From Haplodiscus bocki (Eukaryota), in the NCBI GenBank assembly GCA_965655095.1, contig OZ296659.1:7998001-8062000 (forward strand): a stretch of 64,000 nucleotides of DNA, written 5' to 3'. This document shows, in pieces, positions 59,705 through 64,000 of this stretch (its first letter is position 1; each line of letters begins with the position of its first letter). A program made the translations under genes and the position numbers. The notes beneath the pieces are model-generated. The model saw only the letters and a list, made by a program, of their open reading frames with translations. It did not search any database and had not been told where the DNA came from.

Positions 59705-62700
59705 CATAATTAGCGCATGGAAGAAGCCCGTGTGAAACAACGATTCGAAATTGCTGTGAGAGCTAGCTCATGGAAAACGGTCTGCCTAAGTCACCTGCAA
59801 GAGGCTTGCCGAAAAAATCCCAGCAAAAAATGTACGTAGGGGTAAAAAAGGGTCCAGCAGAAAGGCGTTCTTAAAAAAATTGCGCAAACTGGTGCCCAGA
59901 AAAACACGTTGTCAAAAAAAACGCACGGAAAAGCCGGTACGAGTTAGTCCAGTGAAAACTGTGTGCAAAGAGCCGCATCAAAGCATTTGCGGAAAAGCAT
60001 CTGCAGAAAAGCGTGCGGAAAAAACCAGCAAAATAGCTCACTGAAAAATCCCACGTGAAACAGCCTATGGAAAAACTTCTGCAGAAAAAAGCTTAAAAAA
60101 CCTCTTGCAACAAAAACCAGCAAAGGAATGTAGATATAAAGCGTCTGCAGATACCTCGAGGACGAGTTCCATCTAAAATGGTGCACAGAAGCTCTTGAGA
60201 AGGGCACACGAAAGATATTCGCTTCCGGCCCACGGAAGCGCATGGAAACATTTTTCGTAGACAAACGCATGGGGAAAGACACGAAAAATAACACGCCGAA
60301 GCATCTTTTCAGAAAAGGCACACAGAAAAAGATACAGAGCTACCGCACGGAGAAAGCTCGTGTGAAAAAATGCATAGAAAAACTTCTGCCTAATAGGTCC
60401 TTGAAGAACCTCTGTGAACAATGCACTGGATACAAGATCACTGAAAAAGCCTCAAAACAAGCCGAGCGTTGAACAGCACAGCAAAACAGCGAACACAAAA
60501 ACCTGCAGCAGAATAGTGCATAGGAAGCGCCACGGCGAAAAAGGTGCTCGTAAATAGCGCCAAGCAAAACACGGCCTAGGAATTTTATATCATCAGAGCC
60601 AGTGATTCACAAAATGAAAAAACCTCTGTAGTTGTTTTTAGTCAGAACAGCAAACGCAGAGAACCGTTAAAAAATGAACAGAAGAAAACACAGAAACAGA
60701 AATTTAGCCCACGGCGAAACCGTCACAAAAAAATCGCATGGAGAAGGCCAGTTTTACACAACACACGGATAAGTATTCAGAGTAGTGCACACCAGATTTT
60801 ATAAAGAACAGCGCATGGAAAATGTTCCCTCCAAATCAGCGCACTGAAAAAGACACAGAATTTTACCTGATGGAAGAAGATGGGATGAAACAACAATTGA
60901 AAACTCCTCTGGGAAACCGTCCAAGGAAAAATGTCAGCAGAAAGCCCCAACAAAAAAAGCAACTGCAAAAAAGTGCGTAGAAGAATACCCATTTCAAACG
61001 CAAAACGCCCCTGGAAACTTTCGCACGGAAAAACATTCGCAGAATATCAAGCCGATAAGGTCAGCCAACGTAGCACGTGGAAAAGGTTCCAATGAAATAG
61101 CGCACGGGAGAAGTTTCTGTCGAGTAGTGTAGGAAAAACCCTGCAGAAAACGCAGAGGGGAACTTCAGCGAAGTATGCGCGGAAAAAAGAACCCACTGCA
61201 AATAAACTCCCCGGAAGCGGAAAAGAAGACAAGGAATCGCTCCAGCAAAGAAGCGCAAGGAAAAACTCCAGCAAATTAGCCTATGGGACCTGTACAGTTT
61301 AGTAGCCCACGAAAAAAGCCCATCAAAAAGGCGCACAGAAAAATAGTTCTGCACACTAGTGGAATAAAAGCAAGCCGGTCTAAAGAAGCGGTCTGAAAAA
61401 AATCCCACAAAACGTTGCGCCAAAAAAAATCCAACAACGGAGTTCGCCAAAAAATCTTCTGCGAAAAAACGTTTTTACTTTTATCTGCAAAAACAATCCC
61501 TTCCAAAATTCCCCGGGAAAGAAGCTCTGCAAAAACCGTTCCGTAAAGCGGTTCAACCAGAGTGCATGGAAAAAAGCCCATCAGAAAGGCACGACGAAAA
61601 AATAGAAGCAAATTAGCCTTCAGAAAAAGGTCTTCAAAAGAGTGCACAAAAAAATTTTTTATGAAGTACCGCTAAGAAAAAAGATTCTGCGGGTTACTCC
61701 ATGGAAGAAACCGCTGTTAAAAACAGCACAAAAGGCATTCTGCAAATTGGTGCTCGGGAGAAACTTCTTCATAAAAGTGCGCTGGAAAATTTCATGCGCA
61801 ATAACGGACTGAAGAAACTCTGCGAAAGAAGGCACGGAAAAAAACGGTAGCAAAATAGTGCTCGGCGGAAGCCTAAGTGAACAGCGTACCGAGAAAACTG
61901 TTGCGGTATAGCGCTTACAAAAATTCAAAAATTTCCGGGGAAACTCCGTAGCAAAAATACTCTGAGAAAAAGCTCGGCAAATTAGCGACTGGAGATTAGC
62001 CAAAAGACAGACGCCCAAAAAAACCTATCGAAATGGCGCACGGACAAAACCCCAACAAAGAGAGCACGCAAAAGAAGCCACGGCAACTGATAGTACGAAA
62101 AATCTTCTGCGAACTAGCCCGCAGAGGAGCCCTGCTGCTTTTTGTTTGAAGAAACCACTACAAAACAGTTCAGGAAAATAAATTGTGCAGTGAGGAACAC
62201 AGAAAAACTTCTGCCAAATACCGTGCGGTGAACCCCTTTAAAAATGGATGTAAAAGGTTTTAGCAAGAAAAGCACTGAAAAAAGCACACCTAAAACGAAA
62301 CTGCCAAATGTGGATAGAAAAACTTCATCAAAAAGCTCCAACGAATTTGGTTAAGGCATAAAACTCTGCAAATTATTGCATCGAAAGCGCTCCAACCTAT
62401 TAGCGCATGGATGAAGGCCCATCAGGTTTACGCTTTGAAAAAATCCCAACAAAACAGCTTGCGTAGAAAAATCATAAAAAGAGGGCAAAAGAAGCCTTCA
62501 CGGAAAGGCCTGAAAAAAATGCGAGGACACTCAGGAAAATGGTTCACGGAAAAGCCACTGGAAAACCTAACATGGAAAAACAATTTTGAAAGAAAGCAAA
62601 GAAGAAGGAAGGCTAGGCAAAATTGCGCTCGGATAATGTCCTAACAAAAAGCGAAGAAAATAGGCTGTGCAAAGTGGCGCATAAAAAAGACCACAAAACA

Positions 62701-63618
62701 CGTTTGCCTAAAGAATTCAAACATAGGAGTGAGCAAAAACGTCTCTGATAGAAAGTGTGCGGGAAAAAACCCTGCACTGCTGAGCGCGGGAATAAACCCG
62801 GCAGAAAATGCACTTCACGGAAAGGCTTCTGCCTACTTGTGTACTGGAAAACTGCTGCAAAATTGAGCTTTCAAAAAGAGTCAGCAAACTGGCGCACAAA
62901 GAAGCTCCAGGAAAATAGTAGAAGCAAAACGGCCCAGCGACTTGAAACACGGGAATTGGCATTGCGAACTCTCACACGGAGAAATCTGCAAAACAACGTG
63001 GGGAAGAACGCCAAACAAATTAGCGCGCAGAATTGCCTTGTGCGGATTGGACCACAGAAAGAGTTTTGGCTCGAAAGTACCCAAAATGCCCTTCAGAAAA
63101 CGCAGGTAAGAACCCCAGCAGAATAGGCGCAATGTATTTAAAGCTGGAAGAAAGCGCGTAAAAAAACGTCAGTGGAACGTCCCGGCGAAAAACGCAAAGA
63201 AAAACCCTCAGTAAACTAGCTTTTGGAGATTGTCTCACCTTAATCGCGCATGAAAAAGCCCATCAAAGTAGTGCAGAGAAAAAGTCTCTCTGCATAAGAG
63301 CGCGATAAAAGAAGCCGCTGTAAAGGTGCGTTCGAAAACAAATTCCCTCAGGGTAGTTCACGGTAAAAACCCCGCAAAATAGTGCACCGAACAAACTTTT
63401 GCAAAAAAGCGCTGACAGAAAGATCGGAAAAATGCAGAATCAAAAATTCCCACAGAAAAAATATTTGAAGAACACCTTACGACTACGGTCCAGCCAAACA
63501 ATGAATCGTATAAAGCCCGTCAAATTGGCGCACCGAAAAAGTAGCAGCAAAAAAGCACGCAGAAAATAACTTTCGAAAGAAGGCACAAAAAGGTTTTCTT
63601 GAAGTAGCGTAAGGAAAG
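59705..63618 (+). repeat. Highly degenerate ~26-28-bp satellite/minisatellite, A-rich on + strand
   Basis: Recurrent (at)agcgca(c/t)ggaaaaa.ccc..gcaaaa units, e.g. at 59711, 60011-60090, 60238, 60811, 61098, 61561, 62401 and 63245. Confidence 0.7.
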
Positions 63619-63818
63619 NNNNNNNNNNNNNNNNNNNNNNNNNNNNNNNNNNNNNNNNNNNNNNNNNNNNNNNNNNNNNNNNNNNNNNNNNNNNNNNNNN
63701 NNNNNNNNNNNNNNNNNNNNNNNNNNNNNNNNNNNNNNNNNNNNNNNNNNNNNNNNNNNNNNNNNNNNNNNNNNNNNNNNNNNNNNNNNNNNNNNNNNNN
63801 NNNNNNNNNNNNNNNNNN
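63619..63818. other. Assembly gap (200 N)
   Basis: Run of exactly 200 N, typical of a scaffolding join. Confidence 0.99.
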
Positions 63819-64000
63819 AATGTAACAGCTTACATTTCAAAGTGCAGCTAGCCTCTGTCACTACGTGATGCCGTTACTCTATCCAATATGACCTAAGGGA
63901 GTGTTTTCTTTTGCAGTAACCTATATGAAACGATATAGAAGCCATTATGTTCGATTACTTCCCTACTCACGATATGAACACAAGTACATTATAGGATCAT

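Noticed and set aside
59944-63238. Many overlapping 70-130 aa ORFs
   Set aside because: Phe/Leu- or Lys-rich translations arise from the skewed satellite composition; no protein motifs
63520-63861. 113-aa ORF
   Set aside because: Spans the N gap

Overview
AT-rich eukaryotic repeat-dense DNA with no recognisable host gene. The centrepiece is a complete but decayed 18.7-kb Polinton/Maverick (adintovirus-like) endogenous DNA virus at 14721-33413. It has a perfect 6-bp target-site duplication (CATGAA), ~1.3-1.4-kb terminal inverted repeats (TIRs), and remnants of packaging ATPase, penton, hexon, adenain protease, a fibre-like protein, an intact pVI-like ORF, HNH nuclease, integrase and protein-primed PolB. 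Nearly every gene in it, on both strands, starts in a TAAATG context (the poxvirus late-promoter core). Each TIR ends in a ~360-bp self-inverted unit, giving nested AGTAGTG termini. The virus is inserted in one of about six degraded copies of a single, very large (reconstructed ~19-20 kb) Ty3/Gypsy-type LTR element. That element has extended gag, pol, a chuvirus/herpes-gB-like (class III) envelope gene and a long extra 3' ORF region. The window ends in a degenerate ~27-bp satellite and a 200-N scaffold gap. All identities and protein assignments were made by eye, without database searches.
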